This document shows, one piece after another, positions 49,801 through 62,974 of a stretch of 64,000 bases of DNA. The notes under the pieces are model-generated. The model was not told where the DNA came from, made no database searches, and was given only the letters and a program-made list of their open reading frames with translations. The DNA is from Tubiluchus corallicola (Eukaryota > Animalia > Priapulida). Numbering within the stretch: position 1 is the stretch's first letter; each line of letters begins with the position of its first letter. The stretch is from the NCBI GenBank assembly GCA_030141605.1, contig JAQGDQ010000150.1:124001-188000 (forward strand), written 5' to 3'. The translations under genes were made by a program, and so were the position numbers.

Positions 49801-50280
49801 TGAAAGTGAGACAACTAATCCAACTGCATTTAGGAAGTTCATCTTGTCACTACCCACTGTGTTTGCCAGCAGCAGGGTACAAATTTCCTAAAAATAATAA
49901 GCATACTCTTAATAATCAGTGAATTGAATTATTCAGTGAATTATAATGGCCAAAGTAACATCCTTTTTGATATACATCAATGATGCATGATGTATGTATG
50001 TACACAAAAGTGCATGTTAAATGTAAGTACCATCCTTACATGTTACTATATCACATATATAGACCTTAAGCTAACACCACAAGCACAATCATGAAAAAAC
50101 CCTGTAGTCTATTTAAATGTAACAAACTATTCTTAAGGAATTAAAAAAACAAATAATATGCCAGTCAAAGAAATGAAAGAATAAAGCCGCCTGCCAACTT
50201 ACAACTATGTATCACTCAGTCGCAGATAAAACATGGGAATCTGGGAATCTTAGCTGGTACTTTCAGCTGGATGAAACTTG

Positions 50281-50315
<35 letters not shown>

Positions 50316-53300
50316 AACAACAACATAACATAAAATATAATTAATCTTTAACAATCTGTAATTGCTCTATCTTAAATTACTCTTGGATTCTACAGTAATA
50401 CTTCAAAACTAATTTTGCTAGTTTACAAATAACACATCTGAAATTTATTTGTACGCAGCTTTCAAACTGTTGATTCGTATTCAGTATTTCAAATTAGTAG
50501 AATAATAGTGTGGTTGATTATATCTATCAGCTACACAATCTTTGCACTTTTAGTTGCAGAATTATGGGTGTTGAAATTTTTGTAACTAATACTGGCAATC
50601 CTCAGAAGTTAGCTGTTACAAAATAGTCCATAAACTAACATAACAAACCATTAACCATGTTCGATTAACATCTGCTGATGAGTAAACTGCATCTTCGAAA
50701 CATTATGATGAGTTGGTCACGAGTTTATATGAGATGATACCGATAAAGAATCATCTATTATTGTGTCCAACTTTCTAACTGTATTCGATCTATCGTATAT
50801 TTATAAATGAACAAAGGAAGTTCAGTCAGTATAACTTACTTTCATAATACCAGCTATTGAAAGGGTTAAACTGGAAGTTCTGCTCAGCAGTAGATATTCA
50901 CTCACTTCCATTAGAAAAGCTAACAAACCACCAATGAATGTTAACCCGGCATTTCCTAAGGCTATATAAATATTGTGTTCTCGAAAGAGTTTATTTGTGG
51001 AAGCGACAGCCACACCTGAAAAGTTAGTAATGAACACTATATACACGCACAGACATGTAGCATGTAAAACAAACAAAATGGAAAATGTTAAATTCAAAAA
51101 TATTAAAAGTAAAAAAGTTAAATTAATATAAAACATGGTGTCTCAGATGACCAGTGTCTTTTTACACATTAACACCCAGTTAAAGACTTAGTTGTACAGG
51201 GCCCCTATTCACAACATCAGCACAAATGTACAGCATCCAGTGAGTTGTGAAACAACTCATGCATCCCGGTATTGTGCTCATAATACAGTTGGTAAACTCT
51301 GCTGCTTCTTATTTTACAACCTACTTATCTCTTGCACCCAGCCACAAACTGGAAAAAGAACAAGTTACTCAAAGAGGACAACAAAAAACGGCAGAGTAAA
51401 ATTTGACTTTGGACATTCAGATTACAATCACTGAACATTTGCTCCTTTGTCAATTATTTTCGAATTCTTGAGTTTGAAGGCGCACGTTGGCTGCTTTAAA
51501 ATGTGAGTTACATGGCATTGCCAGGATAAACCGTAAATCAGTAGCAAGATACATAATTTTTACAGTGAGGCTGAATTAAACAGCATTTTGTTTTGTACAG
51601 AAATGTAAATGGTGTGCTGCACTGTCAGACTAAGCACAAATCACAAAAAAATCTAGAAAAATGCAGGACAGCTAAACTGACAGAGCCAGTTCCTCGTGAA
51701 ACAAAAATCAAAGCCAACATCGATCAAAGGTCAAATCAAGTTTGAAAATGCTAGATAAGTTAAGATAACTAAAGTTATTTACTATATTATATGTTTAAGT
51801 TGAATATGCATAAAAATCATAATGTAAAATAAAAGTCACTAAAACTCCAAGACATTGTCTAGGACTGAACCAGGCGCCCTTGCATTGTAAGATAGAGATC
51901 CTTATCCTGGAATTGAACTTGTAATCAAAAGGTTCTTGGTTTAATGCTGTCACGTTACATTTTTTGCAGATTATCTTTGGCAAGATGAACTTTCAGACAA
52001 GTCTAAATATTTGGCATTAATTTGTCGAATAAAAAGAGTTACAAGTAGCCCCAGCCTATTATATTAAATTATGTGAAAGTACTACAATTTGTGAAAATAA
52101 GTTCTCTAATATTCTTTCTAGATTTGAACCACTTTTTGTAATAAAAAATTCAAAACGTACATTATAAGAACGTACCTTCGAATATAACTGCAGTAGGTAA
52201 TAAAGTAATTATCATCCAAGGCTGAACATGATAAACCATGTCCACTGGATTGTTTAGACCTAAAATGCAGCACAGAACAACATTAGTCAGTTTTGCTGTT
52301 TTCTGCAACTCTTTTAGTGGTGATTTTTATAGCCAAACTGAGATTCTGTAGTGACTTAACTAATCGTTTTTTAAAGCAGCCAATAATAACAAAAATTAAC
52401 AAGCAGGCTTCAAACAAAAATGGCAGCAAGGTACAAGAAATGTAAAACTTCCTTATTACACAGTAATGCAGTAGTGGAATGGACTTTTTTAAAATGCATT
52501 GACAAGGAACAAACATGTCAGAACTATTCTATCCTCCAATTCTGTCATTGGACATGAACAACAGTTTCAAACTGTTTTTTTAAAACAGAAGAAATTATGT
52601 ATAACAAATAAAATCAATTTGACATGGCAAACCAAAAGGGATCATCCACATATGATGGCATCAAATGTTCACCTGATTTCGAGGACCTACATATTGCATT
52701 ATAATGGCGTTATCATATGCCCCACCACCTACCTAACCCTTATATTGATATCGATATTGCACCGAATTAGCTTTTTGTACATTTTATTCTTCCTCCTCCC
52801 AAGGACAGGCAACAACATCACTTGTGATAATTAATGGGAAACTTGTAGCATCGTTTGCTGCTGGCACGCACATGCAAAAAAAGCGTGTAGTCAGATAACA
52901 ATATACTAAATCACCAACCTACCTTGCGTTATAATGGTGTTATCACATCTCCTACCAACTACCCTAAACTTTATATCGTTATATAAGAGTGGCCCCTAAA
53001 GATATGCTTAATTTCAACAAGATGCTTTTGCCAAACCAGCACAATGCTACAGTACATGTAGTAGAAATGCATTGTGTTGCTTGTATAAAGGTCAATTATT
53101 GTACACAAGTTCTAAATAGTAAGGTAAAGAATCAGACAAGGTGGAAAATGTGGTATTGTTTATGCACTTGTCTATCAATAAACAACAAAAAAAAACTTCA
53201 AATGCAGAGCATGCAAATAGCATGGTACTAGTGATATGTAACTAGGAAAATTTTTAGGTCGGATATCTACAAGTCAGTCAGTTAACTGTGAATACATGCA

Positions 53301-56300
53301 TATTACTACCGAACATAGCAATCGGCTAAGATGTCTTTTGCTAAGATTACGGATAAACTACATGTGAGGCACATCAATTAACAATCACAGATTCACTAAT
53401 TTGCCCTCGGTTTAAATTAACTTTTTATTAAAAATGCAGTCACAAGCTTCTCGGTATTGAGTGATGTTCAAATTGTCAGCTACATAGTGCATTCAGCAGT
53501 TGCTTCATTTGCTATTACAAATACATTTTACATGGCATTTACATCAGTGTAAATTAAAGACAAAATTTTAGGCAATCTGCAACGACACTAAAGATTATAA
53601 ACTGTTTATAGCTAATATTCTCCTGGCCATTCAGTAAGTGAATTATGATTTCGTATGATAAAATATGTGGCATTTTGGGTTGAGTTTAAACAGATGAACA
53701 ATCACATCATAACTTAGCACTTATATAGTATTTATTGTTTAATTTATATATTAAACAGACAGTTTTAGTGTTGCACAGTCTCTTAAATGCACAATCAAAA
53801 CAGTAAATACACACGTGTATAATTAGTATGCACATCTTTAAGGGTGGGGACTATTTTGTAATGTTTGGTCGGTTGATGTGAAGTGATCTTGATACCATTT
53901 TAATTCATTATTTGTTGGTATTTAACCATAGACAATTTTACTCAAACATACATTTTTAATTATATGTTCAGAATTTTGATTTCAAGATTATTTGTTAACG
54001 ACGGAATGAACACACATTAATATATTTTTTAAATCAACCCTGTTCAAAAGGAATGACTGAGAGTAAACTAACACTTGGAAAAATGGAATCAGTCGGTCAG
54101 TTCTCAAAATTTGAGACTTGCTATAATTACTGAGACAGAGTAGTCTAGCAGTCATGGAGTTCAACTTGTAAAAGAATGAACCTTCACATTTCCTTTCTGT
54201 GGGACATATTTGGTTTCAAAATTCAATAATGTGGGTTCATTTTATCATTTGGACATTTACCGTATATACTCGCATATAAGCCTACATCGCATATAAGCCG
54301 ACCCCCTGATTTCAGTATTGTATTTTATAGTTCTAAATTCGGCTTATATGCGAGTATATACAGTAATTTTCTTGTGCTCTGATTACTTATCATCTCAGTC
54401 TCATAATAGTGCTTTGCTTTTCGAAATGACCAGTCACTACAATAGATCAAGAAGTACACTCTTTAACTCTTTGTTGAGAACAAGATGAACCGCATTTTTG
54501 TTAAATTGGTATTTCCACTCATTACAAAATGCTGGATGCTACTACACACCAATTCCTGACGTTCAACAAAAAATTTAAACCCAAGTCCAAATTTAGTCTC
54601 AAATCCTTGCCTATGTCTGTGTTGAGTCCTAAGCCACGGTTCAAGTGGTCATGTTAGACTCGAGTCGTGTTTCAAATCAAAATAATCCAGGATTTAATTG
54701 ATTCTCAACTTCCTGTTTAATAGTAATAAACTACTTTTGTTAATTTGGGTGCTAGTTTGCTTATTAAAGCACTAAATTTATTGGGTAATATTGACATATT
54801 ACATTTTGCTATACATCAGAATATCTGTGCAAAATACATTATTTTACAAATGGTTTTACGCTTTATTAGTAATTTTACAGTGGCATCATATTAAGTATCT
54901 ATATAACATAAAAGTGACATTACAATCAGTAGTACTAATTACAGTCTACAAGAAGTTATTCAAGTTACTTATTACATTTATGAATACGATGCCAAATATC
55001 TGACAAGGCTGTGTCGCTGTGTGTTCTTATTTACAACGCACTTTGACTGAATGTCCGCTCAACTAATTGGCATGCTAGTAACTAGGTAACTAAATATCTT
55101 ATCAGCCTGTTAAAAAAGTTGCTTAAGATGCATTTTGATTTTTACCGAAGCTACATTTAATGTCGTAAAAACACGGAAAATTTTTAATTAAGTATAGACA
55201 TAAACACGGCTGGTGAACCTACAGACTAAGAATTACACTTTAGGCATAATACAAACATGGCTATAGACAACGAACACCAATCAAATGTGGGATTGAAATG
55301 CTTTTGTAAGTAATAAAATCAATGCAAGTACTTCGCTATAACATGTGTAATTATTATTTGTTTTATTGTTCGTGTAGTTCGAGTCCGAGTCAAGTCAGTG
55401 CTTTGTCATTTGAAGTGCGAGTCAAGTCGCCAGTCAGTAAGTCAAGTCCAAGTCTGAGACTCGAGTACTACAACACTGGACTATACAATCACACGCAAGA
55501 CCGAAAACAAATCAGCTTCAAGATATTTAAGTGTTATTTGTTACACTACTAATCATTGTTGTACTATTTAGTATAAACTTCTAACAACAGGTGGGCAAAA
55601 TAAAAAAAGCTCAACTACCAATAGTCGAATTACGATTTATATGCAATTATGTTATAACATGACAAAATGGTACTAGTACTTGCCTAATTCAGCTTTCTGA
55701 ATGACTAACTGTGCCAATGTCCAACGGCATCCAGCAATTAATGATGACAATAACACCATAACAAATCCTTCCATATTGAATTGAGTAGCTTTGTACGTGA
55801 ACAAAAACAAACCTATTGATATCATTATTATCACAGAAAGTAGAGACCACCTCTGAAAAAAAGTAGAATGTGATCTATCCTCACAAAGTAATTTTACACG
55901 TAGATAAAAGTAATTAAGTATATTTATTGTATAAAAAGGTATTGTATAAAACAGGGATGTAGTGCAAGTTAAGTGCTACAACGATTAGAATATATTTTAC
56001 TGTAGAGAAAAATGCTCAAGAAAAAAAGTAGTGATAAATAAAATAGATATACTTACAAATTTTTCTAGTTTGAACAAAATAGCAAATGCTAATATAAAAA
56101 TAATGCAACTTGATTTTGTCATCGTGTACCTGAAAACATAAAATGAATGGAGTGGAGAAACCTTAAAACTCTTGGCAGTGTTTCACGTTTGTTTATTATC
56201 TTCGGTGAATGATATAGTATTAATTATAGAGGGATGAGAAAATGCTCATTAGTAAGAACACCACACATTTTGTTTTGAATCTGAATATTTGCTTGTAATT

Positions 56301-57320
56301 ATTTATTCATTACTAGAGTATTGCATAAAATTGCACATTTCTCAAGGCAAAATCATCATGTGTAAATTTGAAAGAGAAATTAATTTTGTCATGAACTATT
56401 ATCCACAGGGATGCAACCTTACAAGTCTAAGATACACTGAGGAATAACTGTCTGAACAAAAATGTTGTAACACAAATTTATTTACATTTACTCACAATGA
56501 CACTGTAATGAACTCAAAACTCCAGTTTGACAGGCCAATATCAAAGGAACTACATGCACCTGTAATAAATCAATTATGGTATTAATAATTATTACTAGCG
56601 ATCAAACTATTTATACTGGTCCATTTTTTGAATGAGTTATTCTCATTTCACAAGAAAAATGGCAAAACGACAAATATTATTAATGAGTCAGACAATACAA
56701 ATATACTTTTTCTGCAATTTGAATTAACAGGAAAATTTCATGAAGTTAACAAAACCCATGTGTGCATTGTATGTTACTACTACAAGTATTGATATATTTT
56801 GGAGTTTTGTGCCACATTATATAAAGAAGAAATTCTACAGGTTATACCAATAAAGCAAATCTACCTGTAGGTAGCAACTTTTTAACATAATCATTCCAGC
56901 CCAATGTTACTCGCTTTTTCTTGGTAAAACATTCTGCTCCAACTCTACACATGGCTGCAAGGATGAATTTCACCACCAGGTGGCAAACAACAACAGATAG
57001 TGGATAGTGAAATCCCTACATAAAATAAGTTTGTTAAATGCTGGAAGAAAAAAATAATACATTCACGATCAAACTTGAGACTGCTTTTTCAAATTTTTCA
57101 TTAATTATAATTTTAAAATAGGCTACTTTAAAACTATAATACAAATAAAGACAAAGCTATAAAACAAATATCGTTTGGTCCTTACCTGAATAAACCACTG
57201 CTGGTAGAAAACAAGACTGATAGAAAATGTATAATAAACAACAATCAAGGTTATGGTTTTCACAGCGAGTGTCAAAAAATTTGCAGTGCAGATCGAATCC
57301 TTGACCACATTTTTTAGCAT
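43730..57320 (-). CDS. SLC35C2: Solute carrier family 35 member C2 (nucleotide-sugar/TPT transporter family), complete, about 368 aa
   Basis: complement(join(43730..43854,49758..49887,50840..51015,52176..52259,55684..55852,56057..56129,56496..56559,56865..57015,57186..57320)) = 1107 nt, in frame. Motifs [71 protein letters not shown] and SEYLLLSRTSSLTLSIAGIMKE are characteristic of SLC35C2. Confidence 0.95.
43925..46900 (-). mobile_element. Degenerate APE-RT LINE (RTE/RTEX-like) in the last SLC35C2 intron
   Basis: APE ISEIDHILCS; RT LSLMDDTAL and YWYLGSPIT; C-terminal QDESHV zinc-knuckle remnant; minus-strand AATAAA followed by a (CTA/CTG)n tail at 43925-43957. Confidence 0.8.
47912..48043. 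mobile_element. Small hAT-like MITE
   Basis: TIRs TATAAGCGTA / TACGCCTATG; 8-bp flanks TGAGACAA / TAAGACAA. Confidence 0.65.
48260..48780. repeat. Near-identical 259-bp tandem duplication
   Basis: Unit starts GAAAAC(A/G)AACATTTTAGTTCAGCAGTGGCCGCCATCTTG at 48260 and 48519; only a few mismatches. Confidence 0.95.
49758..49887 (-). CDS. SLC35C2: SLC35C2 coding exon 8 (GC donor)
   Basis: EICTLLLANTVGSDKMNFLNAVGLVVSLSGITLHVILKAIHSK; donor AG|GCAAGT. Confidence 0.92.
50285..50311. repeat. (TA)n microsatellite
   Basis: Directly visible; another at about 15076-15100. Confidence 0.9.
50840..51015 (-). CDS. SLC35C2: SLC35C2 coding exon 7
   Basis: VAVASTNKLFRE...GGLLAFLMEVSEYLLLSRTSSLTLSIAGIMK. Confidence 0.95.
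52176..52259 (-). CDS. SLC35C2: SLC35C2 coding exon 6
   Basis: [27 protein letters not shown](G). Confidence 0.94.
52687..52985. repeat. Diverged direct repeat (about 70 bp, about 230-bp spacing)
   Basis: ttgcattataatggcgttatcatatgcccccaccacctacctaacccttatattg vs ttgcgttataatggtgttatcacatctcctaccaactaccctaaactttatatcg. Confidence 0.65.
54260..54363. mobile_element. 104-bp Tc2/pogo-type MITE
   Basis: TA|CCGTATATACTCGCATATAAGCC...GGCTTATATGCGAGTATATACAG|TA. Confidence 0.88.
54580..55478. mobile_element. hAT-like element with CAAGTC/CGAGTC subterminal repeats
   Basis: Right end ...gactcgagtactacaacactg; similar repeats at 54580-54670; left TIR eroded. Confidence 0.5.
55684..55852 (-). CDS. 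SLC35C2: SLC35C2 coding exon 5 (GC donor)
   Basis: RWSLLSVIIMISIGLFLFTYKATQFNMEGF...[14 protein letters not shown](G); donor AG|GCAAGT. Confidence 0.93.
56057..56129 (-). CDS. SLC35C2: SLC35C2 coding exon 4
   Basis: YTMTKSSCIIFILAFAILFKLEKF. Confidence 0.94.
56496..56559 (-). CDS. SLC35C2: SLC35C2 coding exon 3
   Basis: [20 protein letters not shown](L). Confidence 0.94.
56865..57015 (-). CDS. SLC35C2: SLC35C2 coding exon 2
   Basis: GFHYPLSVVVCHLVVKFILAAMCRV...RVTLGWNDYVKKLLPT. Confidence 0.94.
57186..57320 (-). CDS. SLC35C2: SLC35C2 coding exon 1
   Basis: [45 protein letters not shown]; donor CAG|GTAAG. Confidence 0.88.
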
Positions 57321-60289
57321 TTTGGTTTCCTGTTTAACTAAAAAAAGTGAAAAATGCACATCTTTCAATTTCTGGTAGGCAGGTAAACCTAACTACATTC
57401 AGTAACTAACTAGTCATTAACTAATCAGTTTAACTAAATTTCTTAGTAATAACAACAGTTTACACATATAACACACTCAGGAGATTAGATACTATTCCAG
57501 ATACAAAGTGAGTGAAAATGTTAATTTTTATGCCAAGATATTACTACATAAAATGAAAATTGCTTATGTAACCTAAAACTGTACAAAAATATCATGCACC
57601 GAATGGTTTTGTACTTCTTTGTCAACTACAACAATGCAATACAAATGTTAAAAGGGATCTAGAATCTTCTCATTCTTAAAATGTTTTAATTTTAGTTATT
57701 TTTAAATAGCATATTTTTAAATTTTTATATTTTTATTATCTTTAAAAATCAATCTTTCTTCTTGCTCACAATTAGCCAAGCATGGCAAGAAATTTACACT
57801 GCACTAATTACTCGAGCAGTCTCTGGAGCATTACCTAGCAAGCATAGATGTAGCTTTTAAAACTAGAAGAAAGGGAACACTAACAACAACTTTGACAAGG
57901 TATGGCCTTAATTACTGGCAGCTGCCATTAGAATATCCAACATTTGCAGAGTTAATTAATGTCAAAACAAGATAAAAATGTCAAGGTGTTGAAAAAACAG
58001 TGAGTTGCAAAAATAAAACTCAGAAATGTTTGTTAGTATATTTTCAAAAGAAATAAACCTAAAAAAAATCTGCCAGTTAAGAGAGAAAACATCTGTGCTA
58101 CGTGCCAATGACCAGACTTTCCTGAGATGTGAGGTCTGCTTCTTCAAGCAACACTTTTGCTGCAAATACCATGTAAACATTAAAAATGGTAAATGAATTT
58201 GCAGAAAAGATGGAAAAGTGGTGAGAAGTGGAAGGATGAATAAAGTTGTATAAATAATGTCCCTAAAGATGAGAACATAAATTATGGTCTGATCTATCTA
58301 TATTTCAATTCAGATAGTTGTGTGCTCTGAAAATATTGCTGAAAAATGTTAAACTTGATCTTCAGGAACTAAAGCGTTAGGAAATCTTAACCTTTTCCAG
58401 ATAGCAATGGAAATTGAGCAGTATCTATTTATTTAACCAAAATATTGAATACAGAGCAGTTCTTCCGTTTTCTGTAAATGTGAAGCAAGTTCAACTTCAG
58501 CTAATTCTGAGCAAAACAGGACGATAGTTTCAATTGCCAATAAGTATTAGTTTAATGGATTAACTTAAGATTCGGAATAATTACTCGCCAAAAGGTGCTT
58601 TTTATTTTGTAAAACAAAAAATATTTGAAGTAGTTCTAAATTAATGGACTTACTAGGTTGTAACCTGTCACAAGCACGGAACCCACACTCTACTGCTGAA
58701 CGTGCTACAAGCAAAACATTACTATAATTGAAAGCTTATATAATCGACTATTAATTAGCCTAAATTAGGCTATGCTGTTATACTTTATACTATTTAATTA
58801 AACAGTATTAAATTTAAATAATTGGCTAAGTCGGTCTATAAACAAGCAGGTAACAGAGCTGCAAATGTGCACCGCCACAAATTCAGAAAACAAGAAAACA
58901 ACTTATCTAAGACTTATAGTAATATAATAACAACAAATAAGTATATCAAAAACAAAACTAATTAACTTTTTCTATTGCCCAGTTAAAATGAAACTTTAGT
59001 AACTGTTTCATGGGTCACATATATTACTGCAATGCGGCTAAAGGGCTGAATAGTGGACTTAATAGATTTGTCTGAAAATTTCAGTGAAAAATAGATTTAC
59101 TATATTTTTTAATTTGCTAATAACTTGCTAACCCAATTTTGCTAAAAAATGGACTTGAGGTTTTTTGTTGAAAATGGGGAAGTTACTCAACTTCTGCAAT
59201 TTAATCAGTAAAAAGGGCAAATTTATATTGAGAATAGAAATTAAGCATTGTTAAAACCTTACAATATAAACCCACAAGAAAACTTTTAAGTAGTGCGATC
59301 TAACATCAACTAGAGACATGCACTCAGTTACTCAGTAAGAACGTATATTTGAAAAAATTCCACTCAAATTACAGTATAATGTTTTAGTGTGCATTGTGCA
59401 CCTAAGTGTAAACAGCATAATCTTTCTTCCACCGCCACTTCCATGACTGATTCAAAAACCAAACTAATCACTATGAATTTGAAATGCTCATGACTCACAA
59501 AAAATGACAACAGTAAAAACAATAAATAATATTGTATAAACGGTATCTCTAAAGTTCGTCTAATATACATTATAACTATTGTACATTTTGTAACTTTGAA
59601 GAAAACACCTTAGTAATAATTATAGCTGAGTCATGTGAGGAAAGGTAGCATATGAATCTACTTCCTTTACCTTTTTAGAGAAACAGAAGATTGGGTCAAA
59701 GAGGAAATTGTTACTTAAAAATATTTATTCAAAAGAAACTTCATTTTAGTAGAATCCTTCTTTCTCATTCTTTTACTTTTTTTAATATTTATAAAAATTC
59801 TCAATTCAGTTGAATTTCAATTTATTGCCGAAATATGCAATTTACGTTATGGTACATTTAACCAAAAATATGAGAGCCAAACGGTCTGTGAACTGGACCA
59901 TCTGGTACTATAGGCTAATACATTCCAAGAAACATTTTAAATAAATAAGACTTAACACATTTTTTTTCATGAAATTTAAAAGGTTTAGTGACACAAAAGA
60001 AGAAAAAAGTATTTGAATGTAAGAACCATCTAACTAATAACATAATTTGATATCCTGAAAACTCCACAAATTTATTACTACATACTGCAATTTACTCATT
60101 AACTTTCAGGTACAACTAGTGCCAATGAATCAGTCAATCCAATCACCAATTAGCAAAATGGCCAGTATTACAGACATAGACATAAACTCTAATATGAAAC
60201 AAACCTGCCACTAACAAGACACATAAACACACTAACTTTGCTAATAATGCAGTGAATTAATACAAATAAGTCACCATTGTTTATCGTCT

Positions 60290-62950
60290 ACATGCTTATA
60301 CCTTCTAAAATGTGGAATGCTCCACCTGTTGCTGCCAGCGCGCCTATCTGCTGTTATCACTACAATGCATCATCCCTCAAATCTAGAGTTATTTTTGCTA
60401 TAACTTTTTGCTGTATATCTATATATGTTTATAGTTCAGCTCTCTTGGCTTTTTTGTCATTTCAAAACCTTTATGCAATGCTATCAGGAGAGGAGATTCC
60501 TGAGATAGTCTTAGTACTTGCCTTTTACAAGCAATCTTCTCACTTAATTTTTTTCACACCAAGTGCTCTTCTTCACCACATCACATAGATCATCATTAGA
60601 TATTAGGTCAGGCCATTTCATACTTAATAATTTTCTACAGTGAAATTGTCTAAAGTCTCAATTTTCTTATGTAGTTTAACTCTTTAATTTCGAAGAATTG
60701 TCAGTTCCTCACCTCAAATTGACATGTTCTGTCTTCATGTTGTAGACCTTAACATTATACTTTTCTAAATTGCGTGCCCTTATATCTTGCAGATGATAAT
60801 GCAAATCAATCGTCACAGTCATTTGCATGCTTTTACGTTCTAAAACATGGTATGCTCCACCTGTTAATGCCAAGCACTGCTCCAAGGCATTATCACTATA
60901 ATTTAGAGTTGCATTTGCTAAATATTTTTACAGAATACCTATAGTTCAGCTCATTTCCTAGACTTATTTGTACAAAGGTGAACAGAAAAAAATTTAAACC
61001 AAATTCTTAAGTTCAATCTCACGAAGTCTCTTCATTACGACACTAAGAAACTTTTTGCCACAATTAATGTTTTGAAATGATAACCAACTCACATACTCCT
61101 CATCTGAAACACCATCCCAAACAACCTTTCAGCTCTCATTTTCCTAAAATTCATGTAATGTAACAAAAAATTACCAATGTTTCTAACTCTAAGCCACATC
61201 TACAAATTCTATCTTGTTCATCCATGTTCCATTCAAACAGTGTATTACCATTTATTTCTATAGCTCACCCCCTCATCTTTGGTGTCTGACAAGCCACCTG
61301 AACCGGTCGCTTATTAGACACAGAACCTGACATACCACGAAGAAAAATTCTAGCACTGTTTATTCAGATCTATCAACAGTTTTTTATTCAGGCCTCTTTT
61401 GAAACCAAAGTCCGAATCCCTTTAACTTTAGTTGAACCTTTAGTTGCATTTTCATACAATGCTGAGTTACGCACAACAAAAGTTAAACAGCAGAAGGAAA
61501 CTAACATTTTTCAAAGACGTCTCTATAGAAATTTATCAGCTTTAAATAGCCTGACAGAATATCAAATGATGTGATGAAGACTGAAGAACCCTTGGAGTAA
61601 ACAAATCCCAGCAAGAAGACTGTTCTGGCCTGGGCATGCACTAAGAGTAAGAATCTTCTGTTCCCATAGCATTACGTAAAGCTCTTGAAATGACAAAAAA
61701 AAGCCAAGAGGAGCTAAGCTACTGATGCAAATCTTTTTTGTCAGTTCAACTTCTTCTTCAAAGTCTCATTCCATCTTTTGCAGACATGGAGGCATTACCA
61801 TTCATTAGAACATTCCACCCACTCCTATGTGTAGCTAACAACATAAGTTCTTTTCCTCTTAAAACTTTGTTTGGTTAAAGTTGTTGAACATCTTTATTTA
61901 TCTTAGTTATCCAAGTTACTTTCGGTTTGCCTATTGTTTTTTTGCAAGGTTTTAAGGCTTCCTCTAAGGCAATTCTTACTGTTGTTTCACTTGGTAATCT
62001 GAAGTGACTTAGCCATCGTAATCTTCGAAGCTTCTTTTGAACTCCAAAAGATTTCTTTCGTTTCTGTGTATAAATCTGCATTTTTGATTATATACGGTCA
62101 TCTTATCCTTAAAATTTTCGTTGGAATTAAAATGTGTCAATCTGCTTTTCTTCAGTAATGGTTACGCACCATATTTCACTGTTCTACATAAATATGCCGG
62201 TAACGTATGAAGGAAATTAATTTCTTATGTTGAAGAAAAGCATGCATTGTTTTCTGTTTTCTATTAATTTTTTTAATAATCATCTTCGGTGTTTTTTGTT
62301 TGTTTAAAAGAGTGCCCATATTTTTACACTTTCCCTGACTGATTACCATCTCTTGCAGTACTATGTTCATCTGTTTTTGACTGGTTTACTTGAAGATTTC
62401 TTTTTTCTAATTTATTTGGAAAATCTCTTTTTACTGAGTCAATGTGAAAATTTCAATTCCAATCGCCAACCATCATCATCATCATCCAATGAATCATGCA
62501 TCCAGGGACATGATTCTGTTCACCTCCCTATGCCAGGACTCCCTGCTTGCCGCAATGCCCCAAGAGCATTGATTTCTAAGTATCAATGCTGAAGTGTTTA
62601 AAGCTTTCTGGGCAAAATCTAAAATTGAAGGAAACAAACTTTTAAAAGATTTAGACAAATATGGAACAGCCAACCACTACCAACCAGCCACAGTGTCAAT
62701 ACAAGAAATCTTACATTCATTAGCCCTGCGGCCTTTTCCTGCACTTTGCTGGGGCTGCCTATTCTTGCTAGTTGCTATAGTAACGTTCACGTGTTGTGTT
62801 CAGCGAAAATTAGTCGTTTTAGAACAGTTATTGCCACAAAAATCTCCTATTCTTACAACACTTCGTAAAGCTCTTGAAACGCCAAGAAAGCCCAGAGAAA
62901 CTGAGCTGCCGCCATACGCTTTAAGAATATTTACGGTGCTTACGCTATAG
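60290..62950. mobile_element. Cluster of RTE-clade LINE 3' fragments in both orientations
   Basis: Minus RRLRWLSHFRLPSETTVRIALEEALKPCKKTIGKPKVTW (61875-62081); plus PWSKQIPARRLFWPGHALR (about 61590-61646); 60435-60500 is reverse-complementary to 61650-61715; related pieces at 60847 and 62860. Confidence 0.7.
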
Positions 62951-62974
62951 TGTATATATTTATCAGAAAGATAT

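Noticed and set aside
50670-50715. CTGATGAG...CGAAAC hammerhead-like core
   Set aside because: Stem II does not pair, and no stem III or NUH cleavage triplet forms
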